NCBI GenBank assembly: GCA_002633005.1
Contig: NMRA01000002.1
Span: 1,137,278-1,201,277 of the forward strand
Length of the DNA: 64,000 nucleotides
Direction of reading: 5' to 3'
Source: Phoronis australis
Taxonomy: Eukaryota; Animalia; Phoronida
The stretch's first letter is position 1, and each line of letters starts with the position of its first letter. This document shows, piece by piece, positions 23,501 through 38,400 of the stretch. The translations under genes and the position numbers were made by a program. The notes below the pieces were generated by a model. It was not told where the DNA came from. It did no database searches and saw only the letters and a list, made by a program, of their open reading frames with translations.

Positions 23501-26500
23501 TGTTTTTAGCAAAATGTTCCACTGACTGACTATCAAAATGGAGCTTTGGGATGTTATGTAAGCATGCGCGCAACCAGTGGGGGCTTGGGGGGCTCGAACA
23601 AGCCCTCCCATTTGGCGAAGTGGGCAAAAAGGTCCACCCCAGAGAAGCAAAAAGTCCGACAATACGAGACGAAAGTTCACTAAAAAAGACACAGTGCACA
23701 GTCCCGAAGGGTGGTACCCGTTTTATTTTTTTTTTAATTTTTTTTAGTCCTCACAAGTTTTTGTCAGCAAAAGGTCCACATCGACAGAAATTCAAGCCCC
23801 CCCCCCATTTTCAAGGCTGGATGCGCGCATGTGTATGAGTTAAAAGTTTCTTTAAACGAAAATGAATCAATGATTTAGTTTCATCTTGAACACCAATCCA
23901 AAGAAATTTGATCATATTTTGATTACATGTTTTGTTTTGAATGTACCTTTTTGCTTAATAGGTCAGTTGACCCGGCTATGCTTCTGAATTTTTTTTTGAA
24001 AATTTGATTTATTTATTTATACTTTTGTTCCTTGTGTCATTTGTCAGGACTTTAGTTGAAGATATTAATTTAATTTGGACACGCTTGAAGTTTGAGTTTT
24101 TATATTAATGAAATAATTAAATGTATTTGGAAAACTGCCAAGGTTACCTTAAATATAGCCATGTGTAGGGTTTTGTTCCTTCATTCTAAAACTGTTGTTA
24201 CTGTATTGTTTTATTTTCTTTCGTAGAATTTCAAATTTGGTGGAGCAGTCATTGAAATTCTATCTCAGATTGGTAATTATTTCCAACCTGAACTTTCACA
24301 CCTGCTGAGCCACTTGAAGGAACGCTTGGAGAAGTTTGATGCAACTCTCATCCTTGTCATCCCGCCACCATCAAAGTTAGTAGAAATCCATGAGGGTGAA
24401 ATTATGACATTTTCCAGACTAAGGGTTTTTTTTGTAAACACAAGTGCGCTTTACAAAACCAAGCAAAATAAAAGATGGTGTATTTAATGTTCAGTGGCAC
24501 GTTCCAAGAAACTGGCTTAAGTTCATTTTTGACTTAAGTCTAAGATTTGTTTCAACTTCCACTTTGAAACTTCCACATCCGGTAAGATAGCCAAAATTAA
24601 GTCAAATACTTAGGTGAAACTTAAGATCTCTTTCTTGAAACGGTCTTGAGACAAATTAAAGTTTTATCTTTAAATTAACTTAATTTTAAGATTTGTCTTA
24701 GCTAAGTTATTTTTCTCGGAATGGACCCCTGAATTCATTTTAATGTTAGCAGATGACCCGTACTGTTAACTCCCACATTCTCTTTACAGGGACAAGGGAA
24801 GTGTAATGAATGGTGAATCATTCCGCCTCTTTTCTCAGCATGTCGACTACTTCAGCTTAATGACGTATGATTTCTCATCACCAAACAGGTTAGTAATGTT
24901 TTTACATAATGTACGCTATTACTAAAAAGGCGAGATGTTTTGTATAATGTGGTGTAGCGCGTGTTTAAAACATTACTGCACTCTTCTGAGCTTGAATTAT
25001 TCCTGAACGAGCAGACAACTCACGTCACAGGTAATGTGTACCTGCTCCATTTTAGAATTCACAATTTCAGTGTTAATCAACCCCAATTAACTCTGAAGCA
25101 TGTTATTGAGTCACTGATGGTTTTGTTCTTGTTGGAGATGGAAATCAAATGACATCAATGACTGTGCTTTATTTTGAATAGTCATTTTCCGATATAGTGC
25201 AAACATAATGAAATTTGTGCCTTGTCACTCACTAGATGGCAATTTGGTAGTTGGCAGACTTTGCTCTGTGCTGTTGTTGGAGAGTTTTTACATCGAGCAT
25301 TCCCCAGCTTTTTGTTATGAATTGACTGTGGCCATCATGTTGTCAATCTGACGCTGTTATATGGAAGGATAATCATACGATTCACACGGAAATGTGTATT
25401 ATCTCAAAATGTTCGGGAATGTGAAAAATGATGTCTTTGAACCCTGTCAACTCAGCCTACCTTGCACACCAGAATTAGAAATTGTATACGCCTGTTTGTC
25501 TACCTAGTTGTACAACATACAACACTTGTCCATCTGCTCGTACAACATACAATACTTGTCAACACGTACATACATTATTCTTGTCTTTCAGACCAGGCCC
25601 TAACAGTCCCATATCATGGATGAGATCGTGTGTGGAACAGCTCGTTCCAGATGCTAAGTCACCAGATAGGAAAAAGATTCTACTTGGTCTAAACTTTTAC
25701 GGTTACCATTACTTTGGCAGCAGTGGTGGTCCTATTGTCGGCAAACAGTGAGTGGCATGTATGAACCGGACTTGTGATAATGGTCGTAGGTGGTACTAGT
25801 TGGTTTTTTCTTTTTTCAATAAAAGGGTACCAAACCCGGTTTTGGCCTAATAACAGGTACTAAAAACGACTTTCACATCCAGTTATCCAAAACAAAAAAT
25901 GCTCTAAAACCTACGGCAACCCTAAAAGTGTGGAGGAAAATTTGAAAACTTATTTCAAAGTCTGCTAAATGGCAAGCGTGACCTACGCTGTTAACGAATG
26001 ACACGGCAACTGTGGGAAAAGACCACTCACCAAAGACCATAATATCCAATTTCCGAGATAGGGGGGATGGGTTTTAATTAATTTCTGTCTCGAATACAAA
26101 TACGAACAATATGTATTAGCAAGCATCTCACAGGCAACCTCATAAACATGACCTTGTTGTCAAATCATCGAATGTAGCAGTGTTAACATTCAGTACACTT
26201 GGGTAGGCTAACGGGACAACAGGACAGCATGTGTGTGCATGCAAATCCAAACTTGCAAAAATGACCACTAAGGACTTGAGATATCACATGAGTGATGTGT
26301 TGCATTGTTATGGATTGTCTGCTCTGCAGTTTAAGTCTACTCTTAAAAAGAGTGCAACTGGTCTGATGTCATTTGCTGTACATCAGACATGCGCAGGCCT
26401 CATGGTTGGACCCATTGCACTTAAACACCTGAGTTAAGAACACGAGAGCCAGGTTCTTTGTGAAGGATCCAGTAGGTCGCTTAACCTATAAAAATGTGGC

Positions 26501-28703
26501 CAATACTCTACCAGGTGTTTAAGGAGTTCAACCATTTCAACGTCAGTACCACAGTCGGGACACATTGGGATCCCATGTGCCCAGTAATGTGCCTGTGTCA
26601 GGCTTGGCCCATCCAAATGTGAATGGTGTGTCTTATGCCTAATCTACCAAGACTCGAAAGATTTTTTTAACCTTTTGGTTTGATCATGTTGGGAAAACAA
26701 GGCAGAGGCTGCAGAATAGTTTTCTTATCAAAAGCTGTTCTTAAGGTAGCAGAATCTTTTTGTTGATGAAATCTGCTATTCTAAAGGATAGTTTTTTATC
26801 ACTTTATTTGTCAGCACGTATTGGGATGCCCTCCTCCCAGAACTGGTTAGAGTTGAGTAAAAAAAATCCCACATCATTTTTGCTCCTTTCAGGTGGATTT
26901 TCTCTTTTGAATAAGAGATAATACACCAAAAAAAATAAAATAAAACGGACCAGAGCCAACTGCTTTTTATTTTGGTCTAATGAACAATGCCTTTATTGTG
27001 GTTTACTTAATTCCGTTTTGATCGCCTCTTTAATTTAAACCATCAATCATTTTCCTAAGTTAATAAACAACAATAGGTATTTGTATTTAAATTACGAGTA
27101 CATTTTGGACCACCCTGTGTATCTATGTTAGTGGAGGTGACTGTAACGAGGCCAAGTTGGGTATGTCAAGCAGGCATGGTGTAACGTGCCTATATAGGGA
27201 AGATGACTGAAATTAGGAAATTAAGGTGTGTCAAGTGAAAATAATTTTGATTGCTTTGTTGTCATGGTAACTAGTGGCTGTGTTGTTCTAGGTACCTAGA
27301 GTTGCTTCAGCAGCAGACACCTAAATTAACATGGGACGAAAAGTCAGGTGAACATCTGGCCCACTTCAGGTAGGACTGATTGTGGCCCTTATGCATCTTC
27401 GTTTTATTGCTTCATTACCCCCAGCGAGTTGTCCAAGGACGCTAATTTTTGTATTGGGTCTACCGTATAAAAATAGTTGTGTGGGCGTGTTCTTGGCATT
27501 ATTTCTTTTCTTTGTTCAACCTGCAGCATTCACTGTTCACTACTGTCAACCTTTGAAGGGCCTCGCGAAATTTGGCAGTTATATTGCGGACGTCAGTGTG
27601 AGTGAAAGTCATGCTAACATGGGAGGTATACTACGGTATTTTTCTAAAAAAACTTCTTTTTAGTTTGGCATCCCCTGGCTGCCATCATTCTGATGAATTT
27701 TTGCTGTGAATTTTGTCTACAACAGTACTTTAGAAGCCTTGAAAATTGCATAGTTTGAATCTTTGCTAGTGGTGACTTATAAAAATCAGTCAGTTTTATT
27801 TCTGTATCAGAGGCCATAGACCTATCGTACAAAAAGCATCGTTTAGATATTTTAGCTTTTAACAAGTTCTCACGAAGTTGAAAAGCTAAGAAATCATATT
27901 TACAATGGTCAACAATCATCATTTGTTGAAATTAGTTTAATTAAATTAAAGGTGGAAGGGTGCTTACAATGATACATGTCGATGTATCTTTCTTTTTAAG
28001 TTCAGTGTATGTGTTACAATCTAAAAGAAAATGGTATTTGTCCTCAGTAGTATTGGGACACACAGGGCGCACTCTCTCTGCTAGGTCAGTAACTAAACAT
28101 CTGCCTACTCACCACACTTTGATTCAACCAAATTTTGTAGGATTTATAATTTCACAATATCATTGGATCTAACTGAAGAAGCCCAATTCGTTGAACGCCA
28201 AACATTTTGTCAGAGTCACACAAATTGCCATGAGCTGCCATTCAGTTACAATAAGGAAGCATTTGGAGAAGTTTGAACCAATATTTAATAATTTTGATGG
28301 AATATTTAGTTGGTCAATGATGCCAGTCTTCCACATTTGGTCAATACCGCACCGTTTAAGCAGGGATTAGCTACACCCAACACACGTTTGTAGAAATGTA
28401 ATGAAGATGTTCTTTAGTAAATGTGTTGAACATAATTCTTTACCACTCAGTGTTGATGCAGGGCTAAAAGTAGTCCCCAATACGTACCTTCTGTTGTTTC
28501 AGGGTTGTGAAGTGGCAATATTCTATTGTTTTATCATGTTTTGTCGTTGTTTACCTTTCAGCTCCAGTGTGGGTGAACACATGGTGGCCTATCCGACACT
28601 GATGTCTATTTCTCTTCGCCTCCAGCTGGCTAGACAACTTGGGACAGGCATATCAATATGGGAACTTGGACAGGGCCTTGACTATTTTTACGATTTGTTG
28701 TAA
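18900..28703 (+). CDS. CHID1: Chitinase domain-containing protein 1 (GH18-like, non-catalytic), 390 aa
   Basis: Exons 18900-19013, 20239-20391, 21638-21770, 22577-22618, 22888-22994, 24227-24375, 24790-24888, 25592-25747, 27292-27369, 28562-28703 join in phase (1173 nt). Signal peptide followed by TLSKSD; motifs [37 protein letters not shown] and C-terminal [24 protein letters not shown] at 28816. Confidence 0.95.
19465..19624. mobile_element. Short TIR element (CAGGGGCGTATCC...AAATCTGCCACTG) with 5-bp TSD
   Basis: Flanked by CCATC on both sides. Same family as 4449-4527; a further 3' fragment ends at 37380. Confidence 0.7.
20488..20541. repeat. (TTA)n microsatellite
   Basis: Directly visible. 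Confidence 0.95.
20542..21420 (-). mobile_element. HINE/pearl-like element in a CHID1 intron (contains a probable assembly duplication)
   Basis: Same monomer motifs (tgaaaattggcatgtgttcct, catgaaatt...gcaaataggtt). About 340 bp is repeated on either side of a single N at 20887. Confidence 0.55.
21938..22087. repeat. TA/TG-rich micro/minisatellite
   Basis: (tatg)n followed by repeated 'tatatacgtatatcagtatgtgtg'. Confidence 0.9.
23128..23345. mobile_element. MITE with CAG...CTG termini (hAT-like); second copy at ~37448-37670 in opposite orientation
   Basis: TIR cagggcttggaat / attccaagctctg. Internal 'tttatttcagttaaattttac' is shared with the 37.5-kb copy. Confidence 0.6.
23563..23831. mobile_element. 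Short TIR element
   Basis: TIR catgcgcgcaaccag / ctggatgcgcgcatg, with near-identical flanks tgtaag / tgtatg. Confidence 0.6.
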
Positions 28704-29624
28704 ACATTTCTCAGATCAACGTGATGTCTGGCATAACTTTGCATTTCTGGCTGTTTTAGCAGTTTTGAACTGAAATAACAGTCTCTTGTTTTCTTGTTTT
28801 GTTTATTGTTGAAGAAATAAAAGTAATGTCAGTTGTGAAGTTGTGGTTGTCTAAGACTCTAGTTACATAACCTTCATGAACCTCTACATGTTGATGGTGA
28901 GTTAACTTGTCTTCCTAGTAAAACTGGATCTAATAAGCTCTAAACTTCAGATTTGATTTTACGCATTTTGTCACTGACAACGCTATTTTGACTATGAAGC
29001 GAACTTCATCGTATACACTCAGGATACCTAGATGCACTACTATGATGATTACTCTAGACCTTTCCAGGTGTGGGTAATAAAACATGGCAATTAGGTATGA
29101 GCAGTTAGTGGAACTTATGGATAGACAGTCAAATCAGCTGATCTAAATTAAAGCCATCTCCCACAAAACTTGGCCGATTTTTGTGGGGTGAAAAACTATG
29201 TTTTCTGACCGTCCAGAGTTGCCTAGTGCCCGTCACTCAAGAGTCCGAGCTGTCAGTCATAGCTATATAGTGTTGTGTATTTTCACAATAAATCTATTAT
29301 TAAACTTCTTTCTGCCTCATTGTGTTCAACATTGCTGCTTGACTTCCGACACTAGGTGTTCGAAGTGCTTCACATTAAGTGTTATGTAAATACTGTTCAT
29401 TTTGTGCAGCGTGTGGCTATGACCGTGATGAAAAAATCATGCTGAATGCCATATAAAAATGAAAACAATAAGTAGGGCTAATATTTAATTCTGTACAATG
29501 ATTAGTCCTGAAGTGTTTCGCGGAAATGGCTTCCTTGATGCGTAACCACACGTAAAGCGAAGGCAGCTGATTGCGACTATGCAGTTCAAGTATAGAATAC
29601 AAGGTGTCGCTGAGCGTAAATAAA

Positions 29625-31416
29625 ATGGCGGCCTCCGTTGCGAAGATGTTTCGTTGTCGGTGTTTATTCCCCAGAATTACTAAAACGTAAGTGCTGGTTT
29701 TCGTTATTATGTTCAGGTATCTTCATTTTATTCGTCGTTGGATCACTGTTGGGTGTTGTGGTTCCTTTTGTAAGGAATTACTTATTGTTGACCTGACGTT
29801 GTCGACTGTTACTCAGTCGGCAGTTGCATAAGTCTCGCCCTCGGACTCGCTGATAGTCTGGTCGAGCAGTCGTCAGCCCTTAAATCGTTGAACAATTAAT
29901 AAAACTGGTGTATCGTTGATTGTTGAACATAATTCGTTTGGTATGAATGTTTGTGAGGAAATCCCATCTCTAGTGATTATAGTTCTTTGTATTATCTTTT
30001 ATGTAACTCGTAGTAGTCCTGGCTACACCCAATGTTTTGACAGCACATTTTGCAATCGATTTTGTAGGACCTAGAACAAAAATATTCAAATTTTGGCTAA
30101 CTTAAGAGTAACCTATCTCACAAATGACTGATCACTCACATGGAACTTTCAGGTACTGTGTTTGATGCACTGCTCTCGAAAATGGTGTTATGAATGTTTT
30201 TTTTTAATAAATGTTTCACTTTTTCATGAGCGGCTTGATTTTCATGAAACGGAATTATAATTTAGAAAAGTGTTACATCATTTTTGCGAATTCACTGTGA
30301 ACAAAACTTGGCATGTTATTGGTACTATTTCCTTGTTGTTGCCATGTTATGTAGTTTTCTTTTCAAGTAGGCCTAATTCTGCCGAGATGGGAATAAAGCC
30401 AAATGCACTCCAGGTGGAGATATGTCCCACTTGATGAATAGAGAGCCATCGTCCATGGTATCTCGTATTGGTTCTTAGGTTTCACTGAATGTTTGGCAGA
30501 CAACAGCGATGAGTGATTCATTTGTATCGAAACCATTGTAACAATAGATTTTATACTTTTGTTGCTCTAGCTAAGAACTTCAATAAATCCATCCCGTTCA
30601 ACCATTATCCAATACATGCATTTCCAGTTGTAAAAACTGTAGTACCACTTGTATCCAATAGGGTTTGAGGCACAAGCAGCACAGATGCACATGTAAGCTT
30701 TCTGCCTATTCATATTAAATAATTCTTGTGTAGTGGCATACACAAATCCAAATTGCCAGTTTTTAACCAGAATTGTCTGTTGATGGGCTTAAATCTTACA
30801 CGGGGTTTAAAGGGTCACTTTTTAACGCTTAGTTCTCGGCTGAAATCCTGCCTGCTGTTGTTTGAGATTTTTAATTTAATAAGTGCCTGCAGGCGAATAT
30901 GATAACAAAATTGAACTAGGAATACTACTCATTGTGAAAACAAACATTGCCATTAACAGTATTGTTCTCAATTCACTCAAATTTTAATTCTGGAAAGACA
31001 ACTGGTATTGAGCTATGCTATTGTATTGTGTTGAGTAAATTCAAGATATCAATTTCTCTTCAAGGTTCCAAGGTTGTCGACAGAAACGGCTGAAGTCATC
31101 TGAGAGCGCAGATAATCCCAGTATGGACAGACCAGTTGAGTACTCGAAGAGCAAAGCTCACGATTGGCAAGCGCAGGATACGTTTGCTATGAAGACTAGG
31201 AGCGCCCCCTGGTATGAGGCGCCAATAATAACTGTCAGCTCAGCAATCTTCCTAATCTACTTCTGCATGCTTCGGGAAGAAAATGATGTTGATAAAGAAC
31301 TGGGGAAAACGATTTTTGAAAGAATTCCTGGACTTGAAGAACAAACTGTGCAAGGTCATAAAAACTACTTGCACCAAATGGAAGACAGATACGAACGTCA
31401 AGGAAAATCAACATGA
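29625..31416 (+). CDS. UQCC4: Ubiquinol-cytochrome c reductase complex assembly factor 4 (C16orf91/CCSMST1 family), 137 aa
   Basis: Exons 29625-29686 and 31065-31416 (phase 2). Arg-rich mitochondrial presequence MAASVAKMFRCRCLFPR; family motifs 'PVEYSKSKAHDW', 'PWY', one TM helix and 'YFCMLREENDVD'. Confidence 0.8.
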
Positions 31417-31499
31417 ACTATATCTTAGAGAAAAATATTGTAAATGTGCCGCGTCCAAGTCCTTGGTTTGTGTGTTTTAGTGTGTGCAATGATACAATA

Positions 31500-32934
31500 A
31501 TTAATTATGTGGGTACATATTGGTGTCATTTCTGTTGCAGTATCTCCTAAGCCTAATTTAGATATGATTTGGCAGATGTGTTCCTATGAAGCTGAAGATA
31601 GGTGATGACGAGTTTCATACCTATTTGACTACCGCTCTGCCGCTGGTGGCAAATTAAGTATTTTTACATTTACCTCTGTATTTTTGGAGTTCCTTTACAG
31701 ATTTTCATAAAATTTGGCAGTTAGGTAGCTATTTGTGGGATGACGCCAGCTTCTCACCTTGTGGCCATTTTTACTATTTATACCTAGTTTTTTGGAGTCC
31801 ACCGCTAAACCAACTAAAGGCTGTTCCAGTAAAATCTGTATGGGGGGAAGGCACCTTTTTTCGCACCCACCACCCATATTTTTCATTTATTCAACCTACC
31901 ACCCGTAATTTTGAAATGCAACCACCCGTAATTTTTTTTTGTTCTTGTGGTTGTCTGCACAGGCGCTTTATTTTTCTGTTCCTCCATCACCACTAACGTA
32001 ATTCATTACTAAGAAAACATATGTTTCTTATATATGGTTATTCGCCATCGAGAAATTCGAGCACCTGTGGTTAACTGGTGTTATGGGCATGCCGATGAGG
32101 AGATCGGAGGGAGTGAAAAAGTCGGAGCTTTTTGCAAGTTGCATTTTTGTTTCAGTTTTTGATTCTGTGCGGATTGTTTTTAAATTTACTAAAATTACCC
32201 ACCATCAAACATTTTTGGCCCAATGAAACAACAATGACCTGCAAATTTTTATTTTTTTGAAGTACGACCATCAGCCATTTTGAATTTAAATCAAACGCAA
32301 CCACCCGTAAATTTTTATTTCAGTTGCCTTCCCCCCCACACAGATTTTGCTGGAACAGCCCTAAACCACACCTAGGACAATTATGGAAATTGGCGTATAT
32401 GTTTCTATGATAGCTTAAGATCGTTTTCAGATGGCTTCAAATATTATGGCGCCTCCTAGTGGTGATTTCGTTCTTTTGCGTCCATGGCTGTATTTCCTAA
32501 TCCAACTGCAGATAATGCATACTTTTGTGTGACCCGTAATGGCAATTTTATTTCTTTCCTATTTTCCGTTGTATCTTTGTAGTTCCTTGACGTATTTTTA
32601 TGAAATTTGGCAGATAGGTTTCTATTACAAGGTGATGAAACGTACTCATTTTCAGGATTTGACATAGTGCACGCCTTCTAGTGGCCATATTTTTATTTTT
32701 GTGTCGATTTGTGGCATCCGTCTTTCCATCGGCCAAACCACTAGGTTCTTGGTGGAATTTGGCAAGTATATTCCTAATCAGTTAATGCGATTGTGACCCC
32801 AGACGATTTTTGAACATGTCTGACTGCATTGCTGTCCCCTAGTGTCATTTTTGTATGGGATTGTGTTTCCATTTGAGGACATTGCCGAGTTGCTATCTAC
32901 ACCCTGTACGCATTACAAACATACTGCTCTTGTT
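31500..32934 (-). mobile_element. HINE/pearl-like element interrupted by a Harbinger MITE
   Basis: Ends in ctcttgtt (AACAAGAG on -). Contains monomers with gcgcctcctagtgg / ccttctagtggcc / cccctagtg. Confidence 0.6.
31818..32361. mobile_element. PIF/Harbinger (Tourist-like) MITE
   Basis: TIR (a/g)ggctgttccagtaaaatctgt / acagattttgctggaacagccc with a TAA TSD on both sides. Same TIR as 47561-48343. Confidence 0.8.
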
Positions 32935-34242
32935 CACCAATCCATCTTTTCTGATCATTCACTTCTGCTAGACTGATGTTTTATACATGTTTGGTGTCCT
33001 GCTGTTACACATACACCTAGCACTGGTTTGTGATTACTTAAATATGCATTAGAGGCAGTGCAATTGTGTTTATGTTCAAGTGGATTATGGGCACTTCAAT
33101 ATTATATACGATACACACGATACTGGGTCTTGCCAGTGATCAGATGGACGATGGCTAATATCCAGAATCCCAGTTGTAGAAATGATTAAGTTATGCGGTT
33201 TAACCTGTGAATTGAACTCTTCAGAATATAGTTGCGTTGCTTTTTTAACATTTGGCAATGTCTTTATGCAGTAGCTACTTCCAGTAAATTAATTACTTCA
33301 AACCCCCTCCCCCCCTAGTGGTCATTAATCCTACATTCCCTGGCACCCACTAAGATGACCTCAGTTGGCAGCAACTTGCACTGATGTTTGGACATCTTGG
33401 ACACAGGCCATGGCTTTTCCACCATCCCGCAGTAAAATAGAAGACTTGATAACACTGGTCCCAGTCATCAACAAAAATGAAGACACTGAATTGTTAAAAC
33501 TGTCATTTTCTTGTCAGCATTGCTTTTTCTAGAAAAAATTAGCTTTCAAATTATTAATCCTGGACAAGTCTACAAAATGTGTTAACACAAACTTTTGCAC
33601 TTAAGTGGAGGAAGAGGGGCAGACTGATACACTGTTAGAGACGTGTGCGATTGGTAGTACTCTGCACATTGTTACACCGCACAAGTGTACTCGTTTGCAC
33701 TTGTCTAGACCAGAAAGAAGTACAATGTACAAAAATATGATAACTACATTTATTTGATAAAGAATACAAAATAAAGGTTATTCTTTGTAGGCTAATGACG
33801 TGTATTGCTGGTATGAGGTATCACTACAAATGTGAGGATGGGCTAAGACTCAACCCTGTGGATTAAATTCAAAAGAGCTAAATGCATGACACCTTGCCAA
33901 AATTTATAAATCGCCGAAAGTAGATGCAAACAAAATCTGAGAAGCAAATATTTACAAGCACCTACCTACCTATGACTTGTGGCATGCAAGAAAACTTGTT
34001 GAAAGATTCCCAATAAACACTGGTATCTAACTCACAAGCCAAACACGAAGACAGATTTACGAGACAAATAAGTTACAAACACCAATAAAAATTTCCACAA
34101 GACCCATGATAAAATGAATCCTGCCAGCGAATTGTCACCATTCACACCAAGACCAGATCATTCACTACAGGAAACTAAAACAATGGTCTATATGTCATCG
34201 TTATATAAAAGATAGTTCATGATGGCATGATCCCCACTGTGT

Positions 34243-35009
<767 letters not shown>

Positions 35010-35336
35010 TTACTGAAAGTGAAGAAATGGAAATTATGCTTCATGTTTTCCCAGACAACGTGACTGATATCAGATAACAACAAAAAACAAAATGGCGGAA
35101 ACTGTTTAACGGCGAGTTGTGTACCGGAGATTTACATCCTTATTTACTTTAAATTTAACCATAAAACTAAATGTGAAATTGTTTACTAATTCTTGACATG
35201 TTGTGGAACACATGTATCAACTAACGTAAAGGTTTCATTCATTTCAATGGATGAAATCTCTTACCTTCGTGCTTCTATGAAAACAAAAGCCAAGTCAATT
35301 TGTACCGGGCAATTTTATCAAAGTTCGCATAAAAGG

Positions 35337-35467
35337 TATATATACGACTGACGTCACATAACCCTATCTGTGATTGGCCAAATAAGTCGATTTGCTATTG
35401 GTCAAAAATTCAGTCAACTAGAACTTTACAAGTATCTTATTGGTTGAAAACGTGAGTTTGTAATTGG
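35337..35467 (-). promoter_or_regulatory. H3.3 promoter: TATA, perfect CRE, four CCAAT boxes
   Basis: TATATATA 35337-35344, TGACGTCA 35349-35356, and CCAAT (attgg on +) at 35373, 35397, 35439 and 35463, directly upstream of the non-coding first exon. Confidence 0.8.
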
Positions 35468-38400
35468 TTAATTTTACATGCATTTGGATCCCCTTAGTTC
35501 TCGTCGTAGTGAAACGAAATCTGCAGACTTCTTAATGTAAGCTTTTTATTATAGGTTGAGGTAGGATGTTACCCTAATAATTTGTAGGTTTAAGGGTTAA
35601 ACCGTGGCAATCGGCATAGTCGTGACGTTGGGACAGCTGCGAAAAGAAAGACGGTGAAACATGGAGAAGCCGGAGAGAAAAGACACCAGGTTCGGGTACG
35701 CGTCAGTGCTTTATGTACAGTGTAGGCCTACCAGTACGTTTCTAATGATTTACATGTTTATGCCCGATCTGCGAAAATTGACTGATTCATAGATTATTTT
35801 TGACAGTTACAAGCTAATAATTTAAAAATTGCAGCGGTGATGCTTCAGCGAACAAGTTGGGAAAGGCCCGACAGCAAAGTAATATAGACGATTGTTGCCT
35901 ACCTCGCCCATCACACTCTAGTTTATTGGCTTGGGGACAAAATAATTCACAGACAGGGCTTCATAAAGGAATCAAGTTTTTAATCAAATTAAACGCATTC
36001 ATATTCACAGTTAACTTGACAGCCGGATTTGATTGTTTTTGCGATATTTTTTAGTTGCCGACTTCCCCCTAGAAATTGCGCAATGGCACAAAACGAGGTG
36101 TAGCCATACATCAAAAGGCCCGCCGGGTGCGGTCTCATACAAGGGAACTAAATAAACTATAACCTATTCCAACATTATACTGAGTGTAAATTTGGGATAC
36201 CCTGTGCATTGGAGATTTGTCCGTTACCAGCCAACTGAGTGATCCATGAACAAGGGATTTTGCCAACTACCAGGGTCGGACCCCGGAATTTTGCCCTTTC
36301 AACCAGAGACGTCTTTGGATCATCTATGCGGGCTCATTCTCACTGGTCCGAGAAATTTCGTTGAAACAAGTCTATTCAAATTCTGACGGCTGCCTCCCCG
36401 GCCGGGGTAACTCTCCTACTTACGTGCAGCGTCGGTACAAAATTGCTTGGTTCTATGCGGGGACTAATGAGGGGGGCAGATGGCGCCGATATAGGCCAAA
36501 GGCCGGGGAGAGCAAAAGTTCAGCGAAGTCCCGTGAATGGTTGGTGCCACCCCTAATAATGAATTTCACGTTTCAGTATGAGTCTGTATTAGACTGATAT
36601 TTTAGGCCTCATGGAACTTTATACACTTATCAAGGGTACGACGTGTCACGAAACTGTCCAGCTATCATCTCATTGATCAGAAAACCCCGCCTTTAGTTGT
36701 TGATAAATCGATACCAGATTGTCTGCCCCCGGGAGCACTGACCGAGCTCAGTCCGGTAGTAGTAGAGTAGAGGGCGAAGCCCTCGCACAGCTTCGCTCAG
36801 TCCGGCCCGTAGACAAAGATTTTATAGGATCTTTGACCTAGGAACCAATATAGCTTTGAGGTAGCCGCGTCAAAATTCGGGAGGAAAAACCGGTTGTTAA
36901 AATTCGTATATTTTAATATGCTAAAACAGATTTTCGTGGATCTCGATTAACGTTTTTTTCTTTTAATTGTTCTTCCAATTTTTTATTTAAAAGTTCCCAC
37001 GTTTTGAGCCGGCGCTAATTTTTTGGAAAAAAACGAAGTTCACAATAGAGGACGCTGTAAACAACCGCATGCCCGCGGTACATGAAAATTGCACATCTAC
37101 CGGGGGTACCAGAGTAAGAAATCCTTGGCTGAGAACAAAAAGTATTTTAAGGGTTTAACCCCAGACAGAGGTTTGACCAAAGTTACAATTGTCGTATCTT
37201 GAAGCTGATCGCGAAAAGGCAGAAAATAAAAATGTCTGCATGCAGGACACCACATGGGTCAGGGAATATTTCCAGCGTTTCTAGGGGTCTGTAAAAATGC
37301 TGAGGATTTTTACATTATACCTCTGATGTTATACCAAGGCCATGGCCCCCTTGCTCCCCCCCCCCCCAAATCTGCCACTGGGCCAAACAGAAATGCTGTT
37401 ATTGTGGAGCATGACATGTAAGTTGCAAGAAGCTATTCAACGTGTACCAGAACTTGGAATGACCAATGTTTAATAAGAGCAAAAATTTCAAGGTGACCCA
37501 TCATTCCACAAATGGGTTTGTGTGCTAGAAATATTTTTGTGTTGTAAAATTTAACTGAAATAAATATTTTACAAGAATAACGTCTAAATAATGCTAAAAA
37601 GAGACAAAGAAGGAAACTGGAAATCAAATAAGAGGAAACTGAAACCAAAAAAGAGGAAAATTACAAGTACTGCCTCCCGTTCAGTAACGCTAGGACCTCG
37701 CTAAAAAGCAAGACTTCGCGAGATTACGTGAGATTTTGCTGTGCATTCTGAATGAGAACACATGACTTTGACTAGGTTTTAACTAGGTCCTAGCGTAGGT
37801 CCTAGCGTCTACTAAAGGCACGTCTGGTTATGCCATTGTTATGTTCAATTTCAGAGCAGCCTACATTTGTGCACTTTCATTTCCAGGAATAAAAAACAAC
37901 TAATAATTTAAACAAAGGGCACCTGTAGCATTGATTCAGTTAAGTATTGTTTTATTATTGTAACAGAAAACGTTTTGGGCAGAAGAATTAGCAATGAGTT
38001 CAAATCTACAAACAGTATGACATCATTCTTACTATGGTGACACAACTGTCTAAATTGTAGTGCAAGACATATTTAAAACCAACAGTAATCTGGTCAGTTG
38101 TAACAAATAAAATTTGGGGTCATGACCCAGAGAGATCACATGACATCAATAGCTGACTGACATCAATTGGAATTTGCAGGCACAGTTCTACAAGCCTCTC
38201 AAAATTTTATGAAACCTTAAGATCCAGAAATAAAGAATCTCCATCTTAAAACATGTGTCCCTCTTGGCAATGAATTCTTAAAACGAGCTTATCCCAACTG
38301 AACTATCTCCTGTCGTCATAAAATCCTACTGAAAACTATTACCAAGAATGTATGCCACACAGCCTCCCAGACAACTTCATGTTATGTAATACTGACAAAC

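Noticed and set aside
24227-24260. Loss of the GH18 catalytic DxxDxDxE motif (FGGAVIE)
   Set aside because: Expected: CHID1 orthologues are non-catalytic.
6062-31416. Two respiratory-chain assembly factors (NDUFAF8, UQCC4) within 25 kb as a functional cluster
   Set aside because: They are separated by unrelated genes, and small housekeeping genes often co-occur by chance. No shared structure is visible.
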